DNA from: Picochlorum sp. SENEW3
Lineage: Eukaryota
Direction of reading: 5' to 3'
Assembly (NCBI GenBank): GCA_034226945.1
Contig: CP120453.1
Span: 1,178,001-1,242,000 of the forward strand
Length of the DNA stretch: 64,000 nucleotides
Position numbers and translations under genes: made by a program. How positions within the stretch are numbered: position 1 is the first letter of the stretch; each line of letters opens with the position of its first letter. Of this stretch, positions 35,549 through 47,239 are shown in pieces. The notes beneath the pieces are model-generated. The model saw only the letters and a list, made by a program, of their open reading frames with translations. It was not told where the DNA came from and made no database searches.

Positions 35549-37102
35549 TCACACAAATGCCTTTATAAAGTCTGGGGCTGCATTGTCTATATTCCCAAAC
35601 GATGGGAGGTAATTCAAGTCAATAATGACTGCTTCGCCTGCCTCATAATCAAATACGACATCAAATCCAAACACAGAAAGCTTTACATGCGACCTCACAA
35701 TGTTCCCTAATCGCTTGAAGAAACTTTCCGTGAGAATGCTACTAACACTTTTCCCTGGGGTGTCCTGGGTGCCTTCAAGCCATGGCAGTCTTGTTGGCAA
35801 GCTCTTCAAACTATCAAATTCTATGCATGATGGTACGCTGCTGTCCGATTCAGTGGTAACAATATTTGGCAGTGAATTTCGTTGCTCAAACATGACACTA
35901 TCATGCGCCACGTATACTTTCCAGAGCATTCCACGGTGGTTGATGTATTCTTGCAGGACCCATGGCATAGGCACATCACATTCCTGTAACCCATCACCTT
36001 TTAAGATGAGTCCCATATGATGAGACTCGGATACACCGCATGCGATACGGGTTTTGACTATGCAGGGAATCAGTCTTTTTCCTGAATGCGTACCAGTGCT
36101 CTCTATCAAATCCCAGCCAGCTGCTCTGACAGGCAATGCAGACTTGTTCCTGGCATCCTTTGATATTGTGTCCAGTAGTTGATACATTGCTTTCCTATCG
36201 AGTACTGGATGTATAGTAGGTAACCCATCAATATATGGAACGTGGCTGTTTTGCTCATTATACTCCAAGATTTTCTGCAGTTGGTCTGAAAATTGCAGAG
36301 ATGCTGTCCAGTCAACTGAGCCAACAAGAAAATCACTGTATTTAATCAGCAATGCATCCAGATTTTTCAACGCAGATTTCGGCTCAGCGTCAACACGTAT
36401 AGGTATGAAGATGACATGCAACTCTGGAACGACAGGTACGAGAGGAAGAAATTCTTTGGCACTCAATTTTCGAATCCTCTTGATTGACATGATCACACCC
36501 ACAGCCTTGATCAAAGGATCATGCTTTTTCACTAGAAGACCAATCCAACCAACGATATCCACCATACATTCACCATGTGATTTCTCAACCTCATACTCTA
36601 TATAACTACAATCCCAAGAGTCGACGGCCCGGCAATCAACTCGCTCTCTCCCAACGATATTGATGACTGCTGCCAAGTTGCCCTCTGGGTGATCTTGGCT
36701 TGGTGTCCTGATATTTGAACATCGTGCACTGCAAATGACACATTGAGTACTCATATCATGTACTACAAGTAGTTGAACACAGTTTACATGAGCATGCATA
36801 TGCGCACCGTAAGACCCCCAAAAGCGTCACAGGCGTGGCAAGATTCAAACTGCATACTTTTGAGATGCTAGACAGAGCCTTTAAAATGTCTCGCGATTTC
36901 TCCAGAGACTCCGTCTGACACACCAAATGGCATTTAATACTACTATTATAACAATAAATTGATACTAGCTTTGCGACATCGAAAGAGCCTGCGATGGAAA
37001 GACAAAAGTACTTGAAGTGCTCCAAGGTACCTCACGCGGCGCCCATATATCCGAATTCGTACCTGCTGATGAAGAATCTACAATCAGAATCACTTCTATC
37101 AT
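35549..37102 (-). CDS. ITPK4: Inositol-tetrakisphosphate 1-kinase, ITPK4-like; predicted exons 37102-37063, 36988-36808, 36728-35549
   Basis: ATP-grasp motifs KTRIACGVSESHHM, LQEYINH, KVYV, FDSLKSLP, FGFDVV, IDLNYLPSF. The upstream exons join in frame via GT-AG introns but are less certain. Confidence 0.85.
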
Positions 37103-37337
37103 GACATTATGGCTTCGATGAACGTGGATTTTTCGTGTATTGGACAATGCGTCCCTTGTGGGTACCCTGCATCTTTTGAAAGAACGGAAATGTTCAAATT
37201 TGCAATTCAAGAAAACCCGACATGGGTTGAACCCGATCTAGCGTTTGGACCATTAAGAATCACCGATGAATCTTTACTTGAAAAGTTGCGTATTCAGTAG
37301 GGGTACAGGGTATCACAAGAAGCGATATTGTGCCACG

Positions 37338-38549
37338 ATGGGTGCTATGGCCAATGCCAACTCAAACACAATTTATCTCGACTACAACGCAACTACGCCA
37401 GTTCGGCAGGAAGCGATCGATAAAATGAGTCCATTTTTGTATCATTATGGAAATCCAAGTTCCAGTCATGTCCTGGGGGATTTGCCAAAGCAAGCGCTGC
37501 AAGAAGCCCGACACGAGGTTGCTCAGGCTGTTGGAGTTTCGGCAGATGAAAACTCGATTTACTTCTGCTCGTGTGGAACAGAGGCTGATAACTGGGCAAT
37601 CTGGTCGGCAATAAGTAGATATAGGAGGCGACATCCTGATCGGATGCCCCATGTTGTGTCCTCTGTGATTGAGCATCCAGCTGTCTTGATATTTTTAGAG
37701 CAGTTGCATGGCCTCAAATTACTAGAGTATGACCTTGTGCCTGTGGATTCCGAAGGGTTTTTGGATTTGAGTGAGCTAGAATCTTCTATACGGGAAGAAA
37801 CATGCCTTGTGACTGTTATGCATAGTAATAATGAGATAGGCACGATCCAAAGGTTTTCAGACATTTGCAGGATTGTGGGAAATTTCGATAACGTTCTGCT
37901 GCATTCGGATATGGCTCAGTCAATTGGCAGGGCACCGATCAATCTATCTGATATGCGTATTGACATGTGTACAATAGTTGCACATAAATTTGGTGGTCCG
38001 AAAGGGGTTGCTGCATTGTATTGTCGTCCTGGCACAGAGCTCCATCCTTTTCTTGGAGGGGGTGGCCAAGAACAGGGGATGCGATCAGGGACAGAGAATG
38101 TCTTGCTTGCTGTGGGCATGGGTGAAGCCATCCGATGCGCTTGCAAAGATGTTGAAAACAGTATACAGGATATGAGAGGCAAGAGAGATTTATTGTTTGA
38201 GTTGCTGAATGAAAAGCTTTTGGACAGATTGAACAGGCAAGGTTTGTTACAGGTACATGGGCCCAAAGATGACGAGTATCGATTGCCAAACACGTTAAGT
38301 TTCGGCATCAAAGGTATTGATTCCCGCATAGTAATTCAATCGTTGCGAGAAAAGGTGGCGATGTCGTCAGGATCTGCGTGTCATAGCGGCTCTGCATCTG
38401 GTGGTGGTGTCTTGAATGCAGTTGGCTGCCCCATTGAGTATCAGATGGGGACATTCAGGCTTAGCGTTGGGCATTATTCCACACATAAGGAAATAGAAAC
38501 AGCTGCTGAGCTGATTGTGGATGCTATTGAAGCTGAATTAAATAAGTAA
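37338..38549 (+). CDS. NifS-type cysteine desulfurase / selenocysteine-lyase-like class V PLP enzyme
   Basis: IYLDYNATTP, GNPSS, EHPAV, MHSNNEIG, HKFGGPKG (PLP Lys), RSGTEN, SSGSACHSG (persulfide Cys). Confidence 0.92.
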   Translation: MGAMANANSNTIYLDYNATTPVRQEAIDKMSPFLYHYGNPSSSHVLGDLPKQALQEARHEVAQAVGVSADENSIYFCSCGTEADNWAIWSAISRYRRRHPDRMPHVVSSVIEHPAVLIFLEQLHGLKLLEYDLVPVDSEGFLDLSELESSIREETCLVTVMHSNNEIGTIQRFSDICRIVGNFDNVLLHSDMAQSIGRAPINLSDMRIDMCTIVAHKFGGPKGVAALYCRPGTELHPFLGGGGQEQGMRSGTENVLLAVGMGEAIRCACKDVENSIQDMRGKRDLLFELLNEKLLDRLNRQGLLQVHGPKDDEYRLPNTLSFGIKGIDSRIVIQSLREKVAMSSGSACHSGSASGGGVLNAVGCPIEYQMGTFRLSVGHYSTHKEIETAAELIVDAIEAELNK

Positions 38550-38575
38550 CAAAAACTAGTCATGTAAATAGTAGG

Positions 38576-40759
38576 TCATGTCTTCTGTTTCATGGGGTTC
38601 AAACCAGCATCCTTCTTGTGGATGGTTTCCAGCTTTGGTGACACTGATGCAATACCTGAAGATAGGTCGAATTCATGTAGCATGTTTAGCATGTAATCTT
38701 CCGCCTTTTTCTCGTGCGGCTTGCTAGAGGCTGGCTTCAGAATGGGACTGATGGATGAAGCCTTTTTTGCAGCACTATGCTGGTCTTTTGGCCCAATGCC
38801 AAGATACGCAAGGGTGTCAGCAACATCATTTGTGTCAGTAACATTGGACGCCGTGGTGAATTGAGCTGGAATATTATTGAAGCCCTTTTCAAAATCAGCA
38901 CCAGGCCCTTGAGATAACAACGGAACAGATGTAGCAGAGCTGCTTCCATCATCAAGCGATGGAGCCCAGAATGGTTTGTACGCATTCTTTTTGGATGAAG
39001 GAGACGTGATGTTATTATGATCATCATCGACTTTTTCTTGCTCTTTTGATTGTTCCTCAGCTTCCTCGGCATCTTTGAACGCCGCTGCCATGTCCCATTG
39101 AGGTGGGTTGACATCCTCAGCAGGGTCTTTGAATAATTCTTCTAGAGGATCAAGTACAACTTGTTTCGTATTCTCTGCGACTGAACATGGCATTGTAGCA
39201 TCATCATCCATCAGACTGATCAGATTTGCCTCCTCGGGCTCATCTGCTTGCTCCTGTGTCTCCATCATAGCGACTTCCCTCTCTCTCGCCGCCAATGCCT
39301 CAGCAGCCGCTGCCAACTGTTGCTCACTCATCGCTTGCTCCAATATACCAATCATCTCTGGAGACATCAGCCCTTGGTCTTCTGGTGGCCATTCTATATC
39401 ATTGCAGATGTACTTCTTCTCCACGTACTTGTCCTTTATAAAATGATCCAATTCTCCAACGGTGTTGAACATGGGCTTTGATTCCAATGAATATTCCCAG
39501 TACTTGTTCGCTTGGACATTACCTCCACAGCGAGCCATCAGCTCTAATTGATTATAATGCCATGAATCAAGGGAGCATGATCGCACTTGGCTCACATGGA
39601 CACCTAAACTCCTGTGCAGTCCAGCACAGCGCAAACACAAAAACACACCCAGGTTTATAGATGCCCAGGTTGGTCGAGCACCAGGGCCAGATAATCCACA
39701 ATCAGCACACACAGCATTCTCCTCTCTCTGCAAAAGCAACTTCAATGCCTTTATATGTCTGGCATTATCTTCTGCACAGACACCTTTTGTCTCTCCAGCA
39801 GCTGCAGGCTGCAGAGCGGGATCATCCGCATCATCCTTTGCCTCTTCCTCTTTTGCGTCTTCATCACCAGTTACTGATGTATCACAAGACACAGTATCAT
39901 CTGTATTCGGAACCACCTTTCCAGCCATACGCAGTGACTGAAGTTCACCATTCTTCCTCAACGCAGCCACACGGTCTGGCTCAGATACAAGCAGGCGTAT
40001 TGCCCTTGCTCTATGCCTCACATTCGCCCCTACATCTCTATGCTGCGCATCCGGAGTCACATACGTAAAGCTCTCCAACTGCTCCAACATCATCTTCATA
40101 CTTTCCGAGGAAACCCGCTGAACAGCCTCATCACTTCCTCGGTGCACAAGGAATTCAAGCACAGACAAGGCTTTGTACACGTTTCTCCACTTCTCTGGTG
40201 GGCACCGTAGTCTCTCTTCCAACACAGAGAAAATGACGTGACAGTCACTTGGACGAAACGATAATTGAGCTAATTCCACCAGCTCACCACCATGCGGACC
40301 CCTGCACGCAACATCACCATATCATATTTGTAAACTTGTAAATCCTAAAAAACGCGTGCATACTACGTACCATGGCTTATTCCTTGTGGCCGCTCTCACT
40401 TTCCGTTCCGTCTTCGAGTACGGTTTAAACGCCCTACATACAGTATTGCCATGAAAACTGAATCCCAGCAAGACGAGACCTACGCCCACGTACCTTCCAT
40501 GCTTGACAGCAGTTTTGTAGTCCCTCACAGCATGCATGGTCCTCGTCATAATACTCTCATTCGCCTTGTGGGTCAAAGGCACCTGGCAGATACCATTACT
40601 TGAATGTGCAACAGAACTGGTCGTGACACCCGCATGGGAAGAAGAGTAAAATGTCGGATTCTGCTGCAAGGATGAGGATCCACCACCACCACCCTGTTGA
40701 CTACCTTCCCCACCACCTTGTGTCGCCGTGTGCGTATGCGACACAATATGACCATCCAT
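38576..40759 (-). CDS. ENTH-domain + ArfGAP-domain protein; introns 40493-40434 and 40370-40302
   Basis: Spliced YSKTERKVRAATRNKPWGP...WRNVYKALSVLEFL...DVGANVR (ENTH); CADC-x-WASINLGVFLCLRCAGLHRSLGVHVSQVRS (ArfGAP). Confidence 0.88.
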
Positions 40760-41178
40760 ATCTGTGCTGAAAATCTATTTCAGAATCTATTTGAGTCGTC
40801 AAATACAAAAGAGCTATGAGAAAAGAAGCCAAGAATACCAGAAGAATGATCCCAAACACGTTTTCAGTGCCTTCCAGACAAACACCACCCAAAGTAGTGT
40901 CGTTGCCTTGCCCTAGAGATAGATTCACGAGTTATTATGAAATAATTAGTACGAAGACAATTCCTTTCCGAGTGTATCACTCGTATCTGTCATTTCAAAT
41001 GCATGACGGAACATTTTAAATTCCCAAGGTCGGAATTAAATATACTTCATCGGGAAACAACGACACATTGGGTGATTGTTCACCAAACGTTGCAGAATTT
41101 TTTTAAATGCCATATCCATGTCCTGGATAATCCGATCCTGGATCATGTGATGGTGTGCCAGCAGACAATATAGCGACG

Positions 41179-41877
41179 ATGGACAAGGGCTGGGATAGTA
41201 GCAAGGGCCAATTTAAACGATCGAAATCATCCCATGAATATGTAGAAGAAGAGTTTCGTAGATTAGCAAGAAAAGGACGGAACCATTTGGTCCTGCAGGA
41301 GGTGCTGAGTTTTCGAACGACTGGTTTGACCCTGCCAGTGGACGTTTGGCACCTTGGTGTGCTGTGGGTGCTGGATAAAAACCACGATGGTAAGATTACG
41401 CTGGAGGAACTGTACGATTTGGAAGACTTTTGTAGGGAAAAGGGGTCAAAGTATCCATCATATGAGCAGGAAGCTAATGTGAAGGCACTGTGTACAATAC
41501 GGCTGTGGAAGGATGTGGGGATGACGCCTGATGGCAAGGACATGTTTACGAATTGGATTGCAACTTTACTGATAGAGAATAGTTCGGAGCGACGGCGGTT
41601 TTGGAGATATGGAGCGCATCAATATATTCATGTGTATACAATAGAGACACTGCATCAATTTCTTCGAATACAGGAGGTGCTTGGTATAGGGTTTCAGTCG
41701 TTTGTGGATGTATTGCAGCGTGTGGCAGAGGAACAAAAATTGATGGATTTGAACGATGAAGAGCAGGATGACTGGGTGCCATTGAGTGTGGTGAAGGAGT
41801 TTATTGGGAGTACCTATTTTGGAGCAGCAAAGCTCATGTCTGATATATTTCCAGAAATCCATGACGTTTCAATTTAA
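41179..41877 (+). CDS. EF-hand-containing protein of unknown function
   Basis: Canonical EF loop DKNHDGKITLEE; first in-frame ATG at 41179. Confidence 0.7.
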   Translation: MDKGWDSSKGQFKRSKSSHEYVEEEFRRLARKGRNHLVLQEVLSFRTTGLTLPVDVWHLGVLWVLDKNHDGKITLEELYDLEDFCREKGSKYPSYEQEANVKALCTIRLWKDVGMTPDGKDMFTNWIATLLIENSSERRRFWRYGAHQYIHVYTIETLHQFLRIQEVLGIGFQSFVDVLQRVAEEQKLMDLNDEEQDDWVPLSVVKEFIGSTYFGAAKLMSDIFPEIHDVSI

Positions 41878-41919
41878 CCTAATACTCTATTTGTCATATT
41901 GAATCGACAATTATGAAAT

Positions 41920-42618
41920 TTAAATCATTGGAAAACCTTCTGCTTCCCAAGCTTTTACACCACCCTCCAAGTGCATCACTCTGTCAGCAGACATGGCATC
42001 ATTGTACAAAAGTCTCCAGCACGCCTTTAATGAACGAGAAACTTTTCCAGCTGGGAATGTGGTTGTTGGGGTGAGGGTGCCGCCCTGAGTGCATGCAAGA
42101 ATAACCTTTTGGTCACCTGCAATTTCCTGAATGAGATCAGGGAACTCTGGATTGGCCTCTGTAGGTGTCACACCGTTGAATTTCATCACAGCAAACTTGA
42201 GCATACTTGTAACACCGCCGCCCTGCTGATCCATGTTGATGATTCTAAAGGCAGGTGCGTTGACTGCAGGCTCTGGTCTGGATTCCTCATGAGTCTCCTT
42301 TGGTCTGACATCAACGAGCAATGCTTCTCCGGATTCGATCATTTCCATGACTTGACGAGGTGAAATAGATTTGATGTTGTATTTCTGGGTCAGTTCGTAT
42401 TGGATTCCTTCCCAAGCTGGGTATTTCACAAGGTACTCTGAGGATTCCTGTGTCACCTGTTTACCCGGGCTGCTTTTCATCGCTACAGGCGACAGCACCG
42501 CTGTTCCCCTCCTAGATTGATACAAATTCATGTTACTACCAGTGGAATGGAAAGGCGTGGCGCTCCTCTGGCTCACTGCGCCAGAGTTTCTGTTGCTAGT
42601 GCATCTGAGAGACTGCAT
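41920..42618 (-). CDS. Rhodanese-like domain protein, plastid-targeted
   Basis: LLVDVRP, FNGVTPTEANPEF, VILACTQGGTL, SRSLKAC, HLEGGVKAW. Confidence 0.88.
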   Translation of the reverse strand: MQSLRCTSNRNSGAVSQRSATPFHSTGSNMNLYQSRRGTAVLSPVAMKSSPGKQVTQESSEYLVKYPAWEGIQYELTQKYNIKSISPRQVMEMIESGEALLVDVRPKETHEESRPEPAVNAPAFRIINMDQQGGGVTSMLKFAVMKFNGVTPTEANPEFPDLIQEIAGDQKVILACTQGGTLTPTTTFPAGKVSRSLKACWRLLYNDAMSADRVMHLEGGVKAWEAEGFPMI

Positions 42619-42822
42619 CGTCACTGTTGGCAATAGCGGCACTGAATGCAATAAAAATTTTGACAAAATTCCCAATTTAATATTGGGTTGGTTGGACCCC
42701 CTTTCAGACTTGACTCGACCAAAGGCTCGCAAGAAGAACATCACAATCTCATCTGGATCAGATTTTTTCTAATCCGATCTCGACGGAATAAAATATACCC
42801 ATCAATCTGCAGAATATTCCTC

Positions 42823-45174
42823 TCACAAGACGTGCTTCTTGTACTCACCAAGCGCCCATATGGGAAAGATGTTTCTATAATTTGCATATGTGATGGAGCA
42901 GTTTCTGTTGAACACACCACTGACGTGTTGTTGAGGCCAGTCACCATTCTTCTGTTGCATCTGTATCAAAAATGCAGCTGCCCTGTCCAAGGGTTTCCTG
43001 TCAATCTCGTGATATTTCGCAGCAATCAGACCTAGTAAAGCCCATCCGGTGTTGACGACGTGTGACTCTCCGTTGGGAAGAGGCGAGTAGACCTTGTCCT
43101 GGCAGGATAGATAACTTTCACCCCATCCTCCGTTTGCCTCTTGCTTGGAGATGAGGAAATCGCATGCCCTCCGAGCAGCGCTGCCTTTCTGATGCGCTGT
43201 TTCTCCCACCGCAGCCAAAGCCTCTAGGCCAAACCATGTTCCGTATGTGAAGCATACACCCCATGAGCCATACCAGGATCCATCTGGCTTTTGAATGCTT
43301 TTGATGAATGAGATGCCTCGGTCTATGGCATTTTGAATTTCTATTGATCGATGTCCCGAATAATTTTTAGCAAAAGCAGTCATTGCAGTAATGCAGGCTG
43401 ATGTGCATTCCACATAGCAGTAATCAATCACAATATCTCCAAATGTTTCTGATGGGTTGATAAGCTCCAGTACTGCGAACGACCTCGTATTTTCGTACGT
43501 TGCCCATCCACCATCACTGTTTTGATATGATAATATCACGTCGAGACAATCGTTGAGTCTGTGCAGAGGAAGTGGATCCCAATTCACGACATGCTCAAGT
43601 TCTTTCAATGCCATGGCTGCCTTGAGACCTTCCGATGTGCAATCAGAAATGGGCCATCCGTGATCTCGTGTACTGAAAGGCCATGCACCCTTACTAATAT
43701 GGCGATAGTATTTCGATAGAGGTGGCTGAGCTTCCTCAATCACCTGAGTAGATTCAATATAGTTGCCAGCCTTTTTCAAACAATCCTTAAACTCAGCACT
43801 CAACCCAGTGGATGCAATTGCCTGGACTGCGAACGATGTATCCCATAACTGTGATCCATTATATCCTTGCATTTTCATACCATCTTCGGCTACCCAAAGA
43901 TAATCCTGAAGCCTTGGAATATGCCTCCGGAACTCTTCAGAAGAAGGATCCTCAAACCAGCAACACAGCATATTGAGTACCTTGTTGACGGGGCCAATGT
44001 CAACGTATCTCGTATTTTCATCCTCATAGTGGATATGAACCATTGTTTCTTTCAATGCCTTTTTACGCAGCCACGAGCCCAGGAGAAGCGGCTCAGCTTT
44101 TGACAGTGTCCACCAGAGTACATCTTGAATCCACGGATGGGGATAGTACAAATCTTCCTTGGCGACGAGATTTCTCGCAGCATCCCAGTCAATAGAATCA
44201 TATGGACATGGATACAGTTCCTCTTTCAAGCTTTTTGTCAACTCTGTTGGCTTGCATGTTCCACGAATACCATAAATGTAACTCATTGGAAGATACACCA
44301 TTCTGCAGTGACACCAAAACCTTCCTGGATGCAGCCATCCAATCCCCGTCCAGCTACTGTAGGGCAGCAACCACATCTCAGGAGGCATTGGATTCAATCC
44401 TTCCCATTCATAGACACCCAGCACGGCCAACCAAAACTTGCCCCAGCTCGTAATGGAATGTGCACCACCCCGTGCATGCATCCAAGCTCGAGCTGCGACA
44501 CACACGTCATCATCCATGGGTACCCCCAATATACGAAGCGCAACATATGATAAAACGGTACCAAACATTGTCGAGTTTCCTTCAATATGTAAACCATATC
44601 CCCCATCCTGATTCTGATGATTGAACAAATACCTCCTCATCTCTGCCTGATGCTCCTTGCTCAAGGCAGTTGACATTGTCCCAGTCACATAACACGTGAT
44701 AATCAGCCCAGGCATGAGAAACATGGGCCCTCCATAGTCCCCTGGCCAGTGCCCATCATCATCTTGCAATGTCTCATAGAATGAAATCGCATTCCTCAGG
44801 GAATCTGCCACCACTGAAGTGTCAGGCACGTGTCCACTATCTTGCAACCCACTGGTGTCAACATCAAACGGCCCTACCCTCCTTTTATCTTTATTCTGAT
44901 ACCTACAGTATATCAAAAGTAGGGAGAATCAGGTGATTCCAGGCAACAAGACCAACTCAAGAAATGTCGCCGCGTACCTCAGTAATTCGTCGCTGCTGTG
45001 CTTTTGAACATGCCGATTCTTTGTAAAAGCCTCTCGTAGTGCTTCAATACGTTCACGATCTTCTTTAGAACCGGAATCTGGCTCATATACCCACGTCTGT
45101 CGACCAATATTCCCGTTCAAACTGTGCAACAGTGGGTGACCGTCAGAGTCCCAAGCAGACTTGAACTTCCACAT
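42823..45174 (-). CDS. CAS1: Cycloartenol synthase (2,3-oxidosqualene cyclase); intron 44977-44903
   Basis: [42 protein letters not shown] (keeps the Y/H/I cycloartenol determinants), QW repeats. Confidence 0.96.
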
Positions 45175-45226
45175 ATCTCTCTTTATGTATTACGTATCGA
45201 TGATAATAAAATATTCATGAAAATTC

Positions 45227-46426
45227 TTAAACATTAGGTGGTCGTCGATCCAATAAGAGCCACAATCCACTGCAATCATCTGCTTCTTCATTGGTCATGA
45301 CTGCCAAGAAGTGCAAACCTTGGACATCCTGCTTCACCTGTTCCCATGCACGTGCTTCTTCTGTGGCCTCCTGCGTTCTATTATACGCACCATACTTCCA
45401 TCTCTCATTGACGCCAGTCTCCAAAACCAAAAACGCTCTCTCCGTGTCAGCGACCACAGCAGCCAATTCCAACCCATTGGTCCATGCTGCCAAGGGATTG
45501 GCTCTGCGACTGTACACAGCGACTCCAGGGATGAGCGTGTCATCATCAACATCGAGGCCCAGGGATGCGATATCTAGTGTACTCCCAAATGCATTTCCTT
45601 CAAGGACTTCGTTGAATTCTCCTTTAAGCGCTCCGAGCGGGAGCTGTACAAATGACCACGATTCTCCACGAAGAGCATCAGGGAGCTCCTCAGGAGCTCC
45701 CATGTTCAACGTGAACAATGTAGACGCCTTTTCTGAATAATTTGGATGCTTGGAATATACATTCTCAAGACGATCTTCCAGCGTGGCAATCAATGCGAAG
45801 CATCTTCTACTCGGCACTGGCTGGATACCAGCATCCGTCAGTGCTCTGGAAATGATTGTCTGCATCTGAGACCGAAAGAAGAGAGCCTTCTCTGGACGCA
45901 CAGCTCCTTCTTGGGCTAGAACACTCTCCACAGCTTTCTTCAACTGCACATCGCATATGAATGATTGATATTATGTATGTGGAATGTATATATTCCAGTC
46001 AATGAAGAAGAGAAGAAGAAAAGCACACACCTCTGTGCTGTTGATTTTGTTGTTGGGAAAGAACTGAGAATACTCGAACGATCGATCAGGATCGCAGATC
46101 AGCAACTCCCATACTTTTTTACCTCGTTCATCAACAATTGGTCTAGAGCAAAAATCCAGCTCCCAGACGGAGCTCGTGGGCACTCCCTTTTGTGTGGCTT
46201 CTTGGCTAACAACATCATCGTTTTTTGCACTCTGTGCCATAATACAGCGCGTATTCCTTTGCACAGTGGTATGAGAGATTATATTGCTTCTATAAATACC
46301 CTGATCGGTCACAATGTCCCTCTGGATACAAGGACGTGGAAAGATATGTTGGACATGTCCAACCACGCTTCTTCTTCCACATGTGGCGACTGGAGCACTC
46401 AATGCGGCCCTGCAATGCTTTACCAT
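45227..46426 (-). CDS. TAB2: Tab2/Atab2 chloroplast RNA-binding protein; intron 46030-45944
   Basis: [52 protein letters not shown]. Confidence 0.93.
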
Positions 46427-47239
46427 TTTGAAAATTAATATATTGTTTCACAAATTTTAAATAAATGTAAGCAGTGCTTGGCAGATGGTGCACCAAAATC
46501 AGAGGGCTGCTATCTTGCACCACACATCTCAGATGTGTGCAGCCTGCACATCTACTGATGCCGGGAGATTCCCGCAGGCAGTAGTTGTATACGAACTGAT
46601 TTGATCACCAATCGCTTTGCTTATTCAAAGCACATGAATGTAACTGTCGGTCCAGCGTATCATTGGGAATGGCTGATGTAATTCAACACTGATCATGATG
46701 TGATCCAAGGTGCACCTTGGCCAAGGTGGGCAATCTCACGCAGCAAAGTGTCATCAAAGGCAGACTTGGGGATGACACAGGCATCATAGTATCAATGGAA
46801 CATTGGTTGATGGGATGGAAACACGTAATGAAAGAATACCTACATACATCCACGGCGTAGGGGTCAACAAAGGATGCATCATGTCCTTTTTTCTTTTCTA
46901 TTCTGTGCATCAGCCAACAGAAAGACTAGACTCCCACATTTCCAGGTCTGTCTGAATAGAGCTAGCATTTGAATCTCATTAGAGGAGAAGAAGCTGTTTC
47001 AGGTGTATGCATTTCTCTCCTAGTCGGGCAGCTTTGAATGTCAAAGAAAACAACAGCTAGCTGCCTGCATTGGAAGTGGCGCCTTCCCAGGAAAGGTCGG
47101 AGATCCCTCGTGTGTTGAACCCAAGCGTACTACTATTCCATCATTGATGAATTTTGAATCAATCAAGACTTTCAGAAACTGTAAAAACGTATTTCGGAAT
47201 CAGAAAATACAGCCAGCAAGTTGCTGAACGAGTATAGAT

